This document shows positions 52,642 to 64,000 of a DNA stretch of 64,000 nt, in pieces. The stretch lies in the NCBI RefSeq assembly GCF_004010195.1, contig NC_057718.1, forward strand, positions 60,444,137-60,508,136, in the 5' to 3' direction. The notes under the pieces were generated by a model that searched no databases, was not told the DNA's origin, and saw only the letters and a list, made by a program, of their open reading frames with translations. This stretch comes from Chiloscyllium plagiosum (lineage: Eukaryota). How positions within the stretch are numbered: position 1 is the stretch's first letter; the number at the start of each line of letters is the position of its first letter. The translations under genes and the position numbers were made by a program.

Positions 52642-55078
52642 GTGTACAAAGTTAAAAATCACTCAACACCAGGTTATAGTCAAACAGGTTTAATTGGAAG
52701 CACACTAGCTTTCGGAGCGACGCTCCTTCATCAGGTGATAGTGGAGGGCTCAATCGTAACACAGAATTTATAGCAAAAATTTACAGTGTGATGTAACTGA
52801 AATTATACATTGAAAAATTGATTGTCTGTTAAGCCTTTCATCTGTTAGAATACAGTGATAGTTTCACTTCTTTCATGTGTAAATCACAAAATCTTTTTTT
52901 TAAAAGTTGCATTCTCGGGTTAGCTGTTAACAATGGTGACAGCTAGACAATATGTTGAAGGTGTTGGCCTCCTGTGTTCTCTGTCTATGCCATGATGCTT
53001 AGATTGATTCTAATCTAAAAAGTGAGATAACGGAGTTCTACATAATTTCATGCAGTTTTTGAGCTCAGAGTTCTACATGAATGCATGCAGTTTTTGAGCA
53101 ACGTACAATGTAACCCTGCAAGTACAAATTCACCCCACAAAATATATGTGTGCATGTGGGTCTTTGTCTGTCTATGTGTGTGTGTCTGTCTGGGTTGGGG
53201 GTTGTGAGTGTGAGAAAGTGTATGTGTGTGTGTGTAGTGAGTGCAGAGTGTCTTAAGTCTGTGAGGGGGTGCATGTGTGAGTGTGGGAGTGTGTGTGTCT
53301 GTAAGGGTGTGTGTGGGGTCTGTGTGCGCATCTGTATGTATCTGTGTCCGTGTGTATGTGAGAGTGTGTGTATGTAGGAATATCTGTGTGTGTGTGTAGT
53401 GCAATGGTGATCACTTGTAATGTGACATGAACCCAAGGTCCCAGTTGAGGCCCTCCTTATGGGTACCGAACTTAGCTACCAGCCTCTGCTCAGCCACTTT
53501 TCTCTGCTACCTGTCCTGAAGTCCACCTTGGAGGATGGTCACCCGAAAGTCCGAGGCTGAATGTTCTGGACCACTGAAGTGTTCCCCAACTGGGAGGGAA
53601 CCCCCCCTGTCTGTTGATTGTTGTGCGGTGCCTATTCATCCGTTGCCATAGCCTTTGCTCGGTTTCCCCAATGTACCATGCCTCCGGGCATCCTTGCCTG
53701 CAACGTATAAGATAGACAACGTTGGCTGAGTCACATGATTACCTGCCATGTACAAGGTGGAAGGTGTCCCCACATTTAATGGTGGTATCCATGTCCACAT
53801 TCTGACACGTCTTGCAGCATCTACCATGACAGGGTTGTATGGAGTTGTCCTGAGAGCCGGGCAGCTTGCTACGAACACCGATCTGTTTGAGGTTTGGCAG
53901 TTGTTTAAAGGCAAGTAGTGGATGTGTGGGGAAGGTCTTGGTGAGGTGCTCATCCTCATTGATAATGTGTTGCAGGTCACGAAGAACATGGCGTAATTTT
54001 TCAGCTCCTGGGAAGTACTGAACAACGGATGAATGGGCACCACACAACAATCAACAGACAGGAGGGTTCCCTCCCAGTTGGGGAACACTTCAGTGGTCCA
54101 GGACATTCAGCCTCGGACCTTCGGGTGACCATCCTCCAAGGTGGACTTCGGGACAGGCAGCAGAGAAAAGTGGCCGAGCAGAGGCTGATAGTTAAGTTCC
54201 ATACCCATAGGGAGGGCCTCATCCGGGACCTTGGGTTCATGTCACATTACAGGTGACCACTATTGCACTATGCACACACCCAGATACTCCTACACACACA
54301 CAGATACTTCTACACACACACACACACACACACTCTCACATACACACGGACACACAGACGCGCACACAGACACCCACACATGCCTTTACAGACACACACA
54401 CTCCCACACTCACACATGCACCCCCTCACAGACTTAAGACATTCTGCACTCACTACACACACACACATACACTTTCTCACACTCACAACCCCCAACCCAG
54501 ACAGACACACACACATAGACAGACAAAGACCCACATGCACACATATATTTTGTGGGGTGAATTTGTACTTGCAGGGTTACATTGTACGTTGCTCAAAAAC
54601 TGCATGCATTCATGTAGAACTCTAAGCTCAAAAACTGCATGAAATTATGTAGAACTCCGTTATCTCACTTTTTAGATTAGAATCAATCTAAGCATCATGG
54701 CATAGACAGAGAACATAGGAGGCCAACACCTTCAACATATTGTCTAGCTGTCACCATTGTTAACAGCTAACCCGAGAATGCAACTTTTAAAAAAAAGATT
54801 TTGTGATTTACACATGAAAGAAGTGAAACTATCACTGTATTCTAACAGATGAAAGGCTTAACAGACAATCAATTTTTCAATGTATAATTTCAGTTACATT
54901 GCATTGTACATTTTCGCTATAAATTCTGTGTTACGATTGAGCCCTCCACTATCACTTGATGAAGGAGCGTCGCTCCGAAAGCTAGTGTGCTTCCAATTAA
55001 ACCTGTTGGACTATAACCTGGTGTTGTGTGATTTTTAACTTTGTACACCCCAGTCCAACACCGGCACCTCCAAATTAT
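52642..55078. mobile_element. PLE family B (Neptune-like) 2.4-kb fold-back with GIY-YIG remnant
   Basis: Arms at 52642-53645 and 54023-55048; minus-strand PCHGRCCKTC linker and VVYLIRCRQGCPEAWYIGETEQ; CA-rich UTR; TSD GTAGTCTAGTGT. Confidence 0.95.
52703..52737 (-). ncRNA. Minimal hammerhead ribozyme motif (family B), intact; mirror copy at 54953-54987 has a C3U change
   Basis: Identical to 8074-8108. Confidence 0.8.
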
Positions 55079-55517
55079 GTAGTCTAGTGTTGTTGCTTTA
55101 ATAGGCTGACCCCTCTTTTGGTCACAATGGTTCTTTCTGGTATGTTCCCTTATTGAAGCAAAGTTGGTTGATCAGAAGTATGGTAATTGTGGGATCCAGG
55201 ATTCACTGAATCATCAATTCAGATATTTTCTATGAAAACTGATCAGAGATATTTTAATACACCTGTGGAGCATTTGGGACTTGAACCCAGGCCTCTTGGC
55301 TCAGAGGTAGAGATATGACCACTGTGCCACAAGAATGCCCAAGTCATGAGTTCACAAATTGTACTTGAATATAATTCACCTGCTGTTGGTCCACATTGTC
55401 TCATGGATCCCCTGTTTTGAGCTATATCTATCGTCATCTGCCACAAGCTCAGAACAACAGATATGTCCTTCAGTACGTGTTTGTTTGGATTGAACTGAAA
55501 TCATGTCTCTTCTTGTC

Positions 55518-55646
55518 TGTTGTTGTCATGTGACCTCTGTCATGAGGCAAACACACATTGTATACAAATACCTTAGGCTAACTTCAATACAGGCCTTTTG
55601 TTAAACACATTGTTGTGTGCTACACTTGAAACATGGTGTCAGAAGT
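55518..55646 (+). mobile_element. LTR remnant with tRNA-Leu primer-binding site
   Basis: ..AACA followed directly by TGGTGTCAGAAGT (55634-55646), complementary to the tRNA-Leu 3' end; LTR start is uncertain. Confidence 0.5.
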
Positions 55647-57139
55647 AGAACTGAGGTGAATGTTGCAAAGTTGTAACAGAACACAGCCACTGACAGGGAG
55701 ACCTAGTTATGCACAGAGTTGTGAACAGACACTAAGGAAAACAATGAAACCACCAGATCATGGATGGCAAGCAAATGCCTCTCCTAGTGCATTCAAGATC
55801 TTGCTGCAACAAATTAATTTCTTCTTTTCTGTGCTTTGTTGCTCAAAATTGGCTATTGAAATATGGTTCATTTTTTTATATTCCCATGTTTGGCACCATT
55901 GTCTTTCCAAACTGAACAGTTGCAGGCAATATTTGATGTTCAATATGCACAATTATCAAACATGTGTTAATTAAAACAGAAGATGCAAATCTCTTTATAC
56001 AGACTCAATTGTCTTGTTTCAATGTCTTCAGAATAAAATGGTAATTCTAATGCAGACAATTTTGGTTATTCAGTATTAGTCATCTGGACTTGGCTCAATC
56101 TGTACATAGAGGGTCATAGAAGTCATTTTAGATCAGTATTGTCCTTTTCTGAAACACTTTGAAAAGTCTCAGGTTTAATGGTTGATGATGACTGTTAAAT
56201 TCGGATGGACCATATTAACTATTACCATAACAAACATGGAGGAATACAGATTTATTGGTTGAGAGTAGGAGGTAGCTAATATTGAGCAGGCTATTTCTTT
56301 GCTTATTTTTGACCTGCTTCACTAAATTTTATTGGACTCCTAAACAGTGATATGGACTCCCAAAATCACTGCTTCCCAACTACTTGCCAGTATTCTGACA
56401 CCACTGGTGGGTCGGGACATGCCTAAAGTTAATGATAGAGGCACTTGAGATATTAGTTCTAACCTGTAATTCTGAAAATATTCCTAAAAGGCTGGTGTTT
56501 CACATATCTATAGTATAGCTCTCCCAATTTCAAAGTAAGTCCCATGATCTTAGCATTTTTTTTAATATAATGGACTTCGGAGTATTGACTGTGCTATTGT
56601 TGAATTGTGGTCCATTGAGTTTTATTTTCATTTAGCTGATCTGAAGTGCTTTGATACAAATGAGTAGCTTTTGATTATTTCAGAGGAGACTTAAGATTCA
56701 AGTTATTATTGGTCTGCAATTACATGTGGGCTAGACTGGATAAGAATAGCAGCTTTCCTTCCTTTACGAGTATTTGTAAATCATGGACTTTTATAACAAC
56801 TTGATGGTTTTCTGCTCTCCAGTAAGTAGTTACCTTGCTCAGACATTTTATGGTCATGTGACACTTAGTGGTTGACACTGAGATGTGGCTACTTCCAAAG
56901 GTGCTTCTTTAACAAATCATGATTCTTCAACTTTCAACTGCTGCTAAAGTTCTGAAAATACTTCATTTAGATTCTCCTCTCTATCACCAGTGATAATGGA
57001 TTGTGACCCAAATATTTAGAGGTGTGTTGTGTGGCAGGAGTCAGGAAAACTTCCAGTTCACTGAAGCATCTTGGGATAGACTCACACAAATTTGGAGGAT
57101 GCACGATGGAATCAGGCCATCTGTCCTCTACGTGCAAGT

Positions 57140-57975
57140 TAGAGTCATAGGGCCATAAATTGTATAGCATGGAAACTTACCCTTCGGTCCAACTCGTCCA
57201 TGACAACCAGGTATCCTAAATCAATTTAGTCGCAACTGCCAGCATTTGTCCCATGTCCCTTGAAACCCTTCCTATTCATGTATCCATTCAAATGCCTTTT
57301 AAACATTGTAATTGTACCAGCTTCCACCACTTCCTTGGCAGCTCGTTCCATACACGCACTACCCTCTGTGTCAAAAGATTGCTCCTTAAGTTCCTTTTAC
57401 ATCTTTCCTCTCTCACCTTAAACATATGCTTTCTAGTTCTGGACTCCCTACCATTGGAAAAAGACTTGCCTATTCACCCTATCCATGTCCTTCATGAATT
57501 TATAAATCTCTGTAAAGCCAACCCTCAGCCTCCGACACTCCAGGGAACATAGCCCCAGCTTATTCAGCTTATCTCAATAGTTCAAACCCACAAACCACAG
57601 CAACGTCCTTGCAAATCTTTTCTGCACCCTTTCAAGTTTAACAATATCTTTCCTACAGCAGGGAGAATAGAACTGAACAAAATGTTCCAAAAATGGCCTA
57701 ACCAATGCCTTGAACTGACACAATGTAGCATCCCAATTCCTACACTCAATGCACTGATCAATAAAGGCAAGTGTACGAAATACCTTCTCCACTACCCTGG
57801 CTCCACCTTCAAACCTGCACCCCAATGTCTCTTTGTTTGCGACACTCCCCAGGATCCTACCATTAAGTGTATAGGTCCTGTCCTGATTTGCCTTATTAAA
57901 CTGCAAAACCCTACATTTATCCAAATTAAACCCAATCTGCCATTCCTCAGCCCATTGGCTCAGCTGATCAAGGTG
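57140..57975 (-). mobile_element. CR1 3' fragment
   Basis: DKCRVLQF..YTLNG..LVRPFLEHFVQF peptide and tail. Confidence 0.85.
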
Positions 57976-58523
57976 GCCAGTGGGGCTGCTGAGTGCTGAG
58001 GAAGGGCATTGAAAAGCCCCTGAAATCCTGTCCCAGTTGTTTTTGTGACATATTAGATTCTCTAGACTTTATCCCTCACAGTTCCTCACCCCACACTCTC
58101 CTCATGCCATGACCATACTAGCTCAAGCCAACTCATGCCACTCACACCTTCAAAGGCGCCTTATATCTTCCATGTGAAATTATTGTCAACTGATGCCTAC
58201 TCACCAAGGATCCACTTGGGAGACCACAAAAGCTATGTTGAGATTCAGCAAAAATAACAGTTTTCATATCAGTTACAACCTTTACTATATTAAGAAAGCC
58301 GCACACACATAAGTGAAAGCATATTCAAAACTTTGAAGTTCCCTCAATTATTATTGACCAAATGAAGGGCTCAATCAAATTGTGAATTCAAGATTCTCAT
58401 CTGAGATCTTGGTAGTGTGGAAAACAACCAAGCATTATGAATGGCATAATGAGAACTCGGTGGCTGATGTCACAAGACACTATTATAAATACCAGAACAG
58501 ATATTTTTCAACTTTCACTTACT

Positions 58524-59122
58524 CATAGAGTCATAGAGTCATAGAGATATACAGCATGGAAACAGACCCTTCGGTCCAACCTGTCCATGCCAACCAGATA
58601 TCCCAACCCAATCTAGTCCCACCTGCCAGCACCCGGCCCTCCAAACCCTTCCTATTCATATACCCATCCAAATGCCTCTTAAATGTTGCAATTGTACCAG
58701 CCTCCACCACATCCTCTGGTAGCTCATTCCACATACGTACTACCCTCTGCATGAAAAAGCTGCCCCTTAGGTCTCTTTTATACCTTTCCCCTGTCACCCT
58801 AAACCTATGCCCTCTAGTTCTGGACTCCCCGACCCCAGGGAAAAGACTTTGCCTATTTATCCTATCCATACCCCTCATAATTTTGTAAACCTCTATAAGG
58901 TCACCCCTCAGCCTCCGACGCTCCAGGGAAAACAGCCCCAGCCTGTTCAGCCTCTCCCTGTAGCTCAAATCCTCCAACCCTGGCAACATGCTTTTAAATC
59001 TTTTCTGAACCCTTTCAAGTTTCACAACATCTTTCCGATAGGAAAGAGACCAGAATTGCACACAATATTCCAACAGTGGTCTAACCAATGTCCTGTACAG
59101 CCGCAACATGACCTCCCAACTC
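58524..59122 (-). mobile_element. Young CR1/HER1-like 3' end
   Basis: Open ORF2 C-terminus (LYRTLVRPLLEYCVQFWS...WNELPEDVV) and repeated CTCTATGA tail. Confidence 0.95.
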
Positions 59123-60859
59123 CAGCAGAATATTTTATAACATTAAAGGTCTTCTCAGCTTGAGTTTTTGTCTTACCTTTCTTTGATACAGATGAACTAT
59201 TTATTTTTTACAGGGCTGGGGAGTTAAATAATTTTATATTATGTCAGTTTTAAAACCTTATTGTTCATCAAGAGCATTTATGACTACTCCAAAATTCTGT
59301 CACATGCACATTGCACGTTAAGGTCCTTGCTACACTGAAAGTGAGATCTAATTAAACTTAGTACTCAGTTGAAATGATCCTGTTGAGTTTGGGTTTCTAA
59401 CATGTAGGAGTAAGGCCTTGGCTCCTTTTATCAATAAACTGGAATATGTTGGTAATGGTACAGAAACTTCCAAATTAAGTTCTGCTTTCCACATTTGTAT
59501 TAAAATTTGGACCTGTTTTTGCAGGACATTGATAAATAAACACTATAATGTGAACTGTAAACAAAAAAATTTAAATCTGCTATCAAGAGGGGTACATTGG
59601 GTTCCAAGAGATCAATTGCGTTAGGGGACTCTCTAGTCTGAGGTACGGACAGACGTTTCTGTGGCCAGCAGAGAAAAAGTCAGAATGGTGTGTTACCTCC
59701 TTAGTGCCAGGATCAAGGATGTCTCAGAGAATGCAGAATGTTCTCAAGGAAGAGAGGGATCAGCAGGAGGTCATTGTACACATTGGAACCAATGACATAA
59801 GAAGGGAAAAGGATGAGATTCTGAAGGGAGAATATAGAGAGTTAGGCAGGAACTTAATAAGGAGGTGCTCGAGAGTAGTAACAAGCTGGTGAGTGAAGAA
59901 ATAGGAGGATGGAACAGATGAATGCATGGCTGAGGAGCTGGTGTATGGGGGAAGGATTCACATTTTTGGATGATTGGAATCTCTTCTGGGGTAGAAGTGA
60001 CTTGTACAGGGAGAGATTGCACTTGCATTGGAAGGGGACTCTCGTATACTGGCAGGGAGATTTGCTAGAACTAGTCTGGAGGATTTAAAATGGTAAAGTT
60101 GGGGGGGAGGGAGGAGGGTCCCAGTGAGATAGTGAGGAAAGGTATTAATCTGAGACTGGTACAGTTGAGAACAGAAGCGAGTCAAAAAGTTAGAACAGGC
60201 AGGGACAAAACAGAGAACAAGGGAGAACCGATAAATTAAACTGCACTTATTTCAAAGTAAGAATGCCTAACAGGGAAGGCAGATGAAGTCAGGGCATGAT
60301 TAGGAATGTGGGACTGGGATATCATATCAAATACAGAAACATGGCTCAGGAATGGACAGGACTGGCAGCTCAATGTTCCAGGATACAAATGCTAAAGGAA
60401 GGACAGAAAGGGAGGCAAGAGAGGAGGGGAAGTGGTGTTTTTGATAAGGGATTGCCTTACAGCTGTGCTGAGGGAGGATATTCCCGGAAATACACCCAGG
60501 AAAGTTATTTGGGTGTAACTTAGAAATAAGAAAAGGATGATCACCTTATTGGGATTCTATTACAGACCCCCTAATAGTCAGAGGGAAATTGAGAAATAAG
60601 TTTGTAAGGAGATCTCAGTTATTTATAAGAATAATCGGGTAGCTATGGTCAGGGATTTTAACTTTCCAAACATACACTGGGACTGCCATAGTGTTTAGGG
60701 TTTGGTTGGAGAGGAATTTATTAAATGTTTCTGATTCAGTATGTGGATGTACCTACTAGACAAGGTGCAAAACTTGACCTACTCTTGGGAAATAAGGCAG
60801 GGCAGGTGACTGAGGTATCACTGGGGGAGCACTTTGGGGCCAGTGACCATAATTCTATT

Positions 60860-61245
60860 TTTTTCTCTTCCCCGACACTACTACCTAACCATGATAGTGC
60901 TTATATTTTCCCCAGCACCACTGTTGTTTGTGTGCAGGTGTGAGACACAGTGAAAGACAACAGATGTACAAATCTTTATTCAATTTCCACCACCAGGAAG
61001 CAAGGAAACACCTGAGTGGCCAGTGACAAGCGGTGCCCTTCTCAAAGGGCAATGCTGTGTGATCGAAAAAGTGAAGGGGAGAGCAAGGTTTAAATCAAAA
61101 TAGAGTTGGATGGAGAAAACAAACACTCCACTCCCTGTAGTGCCCACCTCTCCCTGAACAGTTCAAAGGTGTTGGTAGACACTGCATGCTCCTTCTCCAG
61201 GGATACCTGGGCTTGGACGTAGCCGTGGAAGAGGGGCAGGCAATT
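60860..61245 (-). mobile_element. 5'-truncated Tx1-type LINE 3' end inserted in CR1
   Basis: NCLPLFHGYVQAQVSLEKEHAVSTNTFELFRERWALQGVEC..ILI* then UTR and short poly(A); 17-bp TSD with 2 mismatches at 60843-60859 and 61246-61262. Confidence 0.8.
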
Positions 61246-61716
61246 GCGACCATAATTGTATTAGTTTTAAAATAGTGATGGAACAGGATGGACCAGACCT
61301 CAAAGTTGAAATTCTAAACTGGAGGAAGGCTAATTTTGACGATATTTGGCAAGAACGTTCAAAAGCTGATTGGGGGCAGATGTTCACAGGTGAAGGGACG
61401 ACTGAAAAATGGGAAGCCTTCAGAAATGAGATAACGAGAGTCCAGAGACAGTATATTCTTGTTAGGGTGAAAGAATGCTGGCTGACTAGAGAAATTGAGG
61501 GTTTAGTTAAGCAAAAGAAGTAATGTGTTAGGTATAGACAAGATAGATCGGGTGAATCCTTAGAAGAGTATAAAGGCAGTAGGAGTATACTTAAGAGGAA
61601 AATCAGGAAGGCAAAAATGGGACATGAGGTAGCTTTAGCAAATAGAGTTAAGGGTTTTTACAAATACATTAAGGACAAAAGGATAACTAGGGAGAGAAAA
61701 GGGTCCCTCAAAGATC

Positions 61717-61805
61717 CCTGAAGAAGGGCTTATGCCCGAAACGTCGATTCTCCTGTTCCCTGGATGCTGCCTGACCTGCTGCGCTTTTCCAGCAACACAT
61801 TTCCA
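61717..61805 (+). mobile_element. PLE family A short copy with intact hammerhead core, inserted in CR1
   Basis: CTGAAGA-A-GGGCTTATGCCC-GAAACGTC at 61718-61745; TSD TCCCTCAAAGATC at 61704-61716 and 61806-61818. Confidence 0.9.
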
Positions 61806-63614
61806 TCCCTCAAAGATCAGCAAGGCAGCCTTTGTATGGAGCTGCAGGAGATGGGGGAGATAATAAACAAGTATTTTGCATCAGTATTTACTGTGGAAAA
61901 GGACATGGAAGATGTAGAATGCAGGGAAATAGATGGTGACATCTTGAAAAATGTCCATATTACAGAGGAGGAAGTGCTGGATGTCTTGAAACGCATAAAA
62001 GTGGATAAATCCCCAGGACCTGATCAGGTGTACCCTGGAACTCTGTGGGAAGATAGGGAGGTGATTGCTGGGTCCCTGGCTGAGACATTTGTATCATCAA
62101 TAGTTACAGGTGAGGTGCCAGAAGACTGGAGGTTGGCTAACGTGATGCCACTATTTAAGAAAGGTGGTAAGGACAAGCCAGGGAACTATAGAGCAGTGAG
62201 CCTGATGTCGGTGGTGGGCAAGTTGTTGGAGGGAATCCTGAGGGACAGGATGTACATGTATTTGGAAAGGCAAGGACTGATTAGGGTTAGTTAACATGGC
62301 TTTGTGCATCAGAAATCATATCTCACAAACTTGATTGAGTTTTTTTGAAGAAGTAACAAAAAGGACTGATGAGAGCAGAGTGGTGGACGAGATCAATATA
62401 GACTTCAGTAAGGTATTCAACAAGGTTCCCTGTGGGAGACTGGTTAGCAAGGTTAGATCTCACGGAATATAGGAAGAACTAGCCATTTGGATACAAAACT
62501 GGCTCAAAGGTAGAAGACAGAGGGTGGTGGTGAAGTATTGTGTTTGAGACTGGAGGCCTGTGACCAGTGGAATGCCACAAGGATCGGTGCTGGGCCGACT
62601 ACTTTTTGTCCTTTATATAAATGGTTTGGATGTGAGCAAAAAAGGTAAAGTTAGTAAGTTTGCAGATGACACCAACACTTGAGGTGTCACAGACAGTGAA
62701 GAAGGTTCCCTCAGATTACAACAGGATCTTGACCAGATGGGCCAAGGGCTGAGGAGTGGCAGTGGAGTTTAATTTAGATAAATGTGAGGTGCTGCATTTT
62801 GGGAAAGCAAATCTTAGCAGGATTTATACCCTTAATGGTAAGGTCCTAGGGAGTATTGCTGAAGAAAGAGACCTTGGAGTGCTGGTTCATATCTCCTTGA
62901 AAGTGGAGTCGCAGGTAGATAGGATAGCAAAGAAGGCATTTTGCTATGCTTTCCTTTATTGGTCAGAGTATTGAGTACAAGAGTTGGGAGGTCATGTTGC
63001 GGCTATACAGGACATAGATTGGGCTACTTTTGGAATATTGTGTGCAATTCTGGTCTCCTTCCGATTGAAAGGATGTTGTGAAACATGAAAAGGTTCAGAA
63101 AAGATTTACAAGGATGTTGCCAGGGTTGGAGGATTTGAGCTATGAGGAGAGTTGAATAGGCTTGGGCTGTTTTCCCTGGAGCGATGGATTCTTGAGGGGT
63201 GACCTTATAGAGGTTTATAAAAGCAGGAAGGGCATGGATAGGATAAATAGATAAAGGCTTTTTCCCTGGCATCCAGAACTGGAGGGCATAGGTTTAGGGT
63301 GAGAGGGGAAAGATACAAAAAAGAGACCTGAGGGGCAACGTTTTCACACAGAGGGTGGTACTTGTTTGGAATGAGCTGCAAGAGTTAGTGGTGGAGGCTC
63401 ATATAATGGCAACATTTAAAAGACATCTGAATGGTGTATGAATAGGAAGGGTTTGGAGGGATATGGGCTGGGTGCTGGCAGGTGGAACTAGATTGGGTTG
63501 GGATATCTGTTCAGCATGGACGAGTTGGACTGAAGGGTCTGTTTCCATGCTGTACTTATCTATGACTCAATGACTCTATGTGTCAATTTGATTTTTGAAA
63601 ATATATGTACGGTT

Positions 63615-64000
63615 TGACATAGAGAACATAGAACATACAGCTCAGTACAAGCCCTTCAGTCCACGATGCTGTGCCAAACATTTATCTTAATCTCAGGTCA
63701 ATCTAACCTACACACCCTCAATTTACTGCTTTCCATGTGTTTGTCCAACAGTCACTTAAATGCCCCTCATATGTCTGACTCTACTACCACTGCTGGCAGT
63801 GCATTACACGCACCCATCACTCTCTGCATAAAGAAACTACCTCTGATATCTCCCCTATACCTTCCTCCAATCACCTTAAAACTATGACCTCTCATGACAA
63901 TCATTTCTGTCCGAGGGAAAAGTCTCTGGCTATCTACTCTATCAATCCCTCTCATTACCTTTTACACCTCTATCAAATCACCACTCTTCATTCTTCTTTC
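63615..64000 (-). mobile_element. CR1 3' end (different subfamily), runs off the window
   Basis: MRGIDRVDSQRLFPR..FFMQRVMGACNALPAVVVE peptide; ACATAGA tail repeats on plus strand. Confidence 0.9.

Larger units (their letters stand above)
59595..63580 (+). mobile_element. Long decayed CR1 LINE (ORF1 esterase part and ORF2)
   Basis: GDSLV, VIVHIGTND, PEDWRLANVMPLFKKG, PQGSVLG and KFADDT motifs; CTATGACT tail. Confidence 0.95.

Noticed and set aside
53048..54642. His/Thr-rich and Cys/Val-rich ORFs (also 28988-29236)
   Set aside because: Translations of the CA/TG-rich PLE 3' UTR.

Overview
Repeat-rich, AT-rich eukaryotic DNA, almost certainly from a shark or other elasmobranch (HE1-type tRNA SINEs plus HER1/CR1 LINEs). 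No host protein-coding exon could be identified with confidence, so the window looks intronic or intergenic. Contents: two long decayed CR1 LINEs (46.2-49.75 kb, spanning an N gap; 59.6-63.6 kb), many CR1 3' fragments, a decayed Tx1/L1-type LINE (9.7-12.4 kb) and a Tx1 3' end nested in a CR1, several SINE families, and LTR remnants. The main signal is at least 20 insertions from at least four Penelope-like element (PLE) families, labelled A-D here. Their 3' regions carry minimal type-I hammerhead ribozyme motifs (CUGAnGA...GAA, with a palindromic ACGU or AGCU in place of stem III). Stem I and stem II differ between families but keep base pairing. Many copies are fold-back (inverted-repeat) insertions of 0.13-2.4 kb with 9-17 bp target-site duplications (TSDs) and a fixed one-sided 30-40 nt tail, and many short copies start right at the ribozyme. 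Other oddities are two PLE families inserted at the same target site (triplicated TSD) and a 31-bp locally templated insertion flanked by an 18-bp TSD. All family assignments come from reading the sequence by eye, not from database searches.
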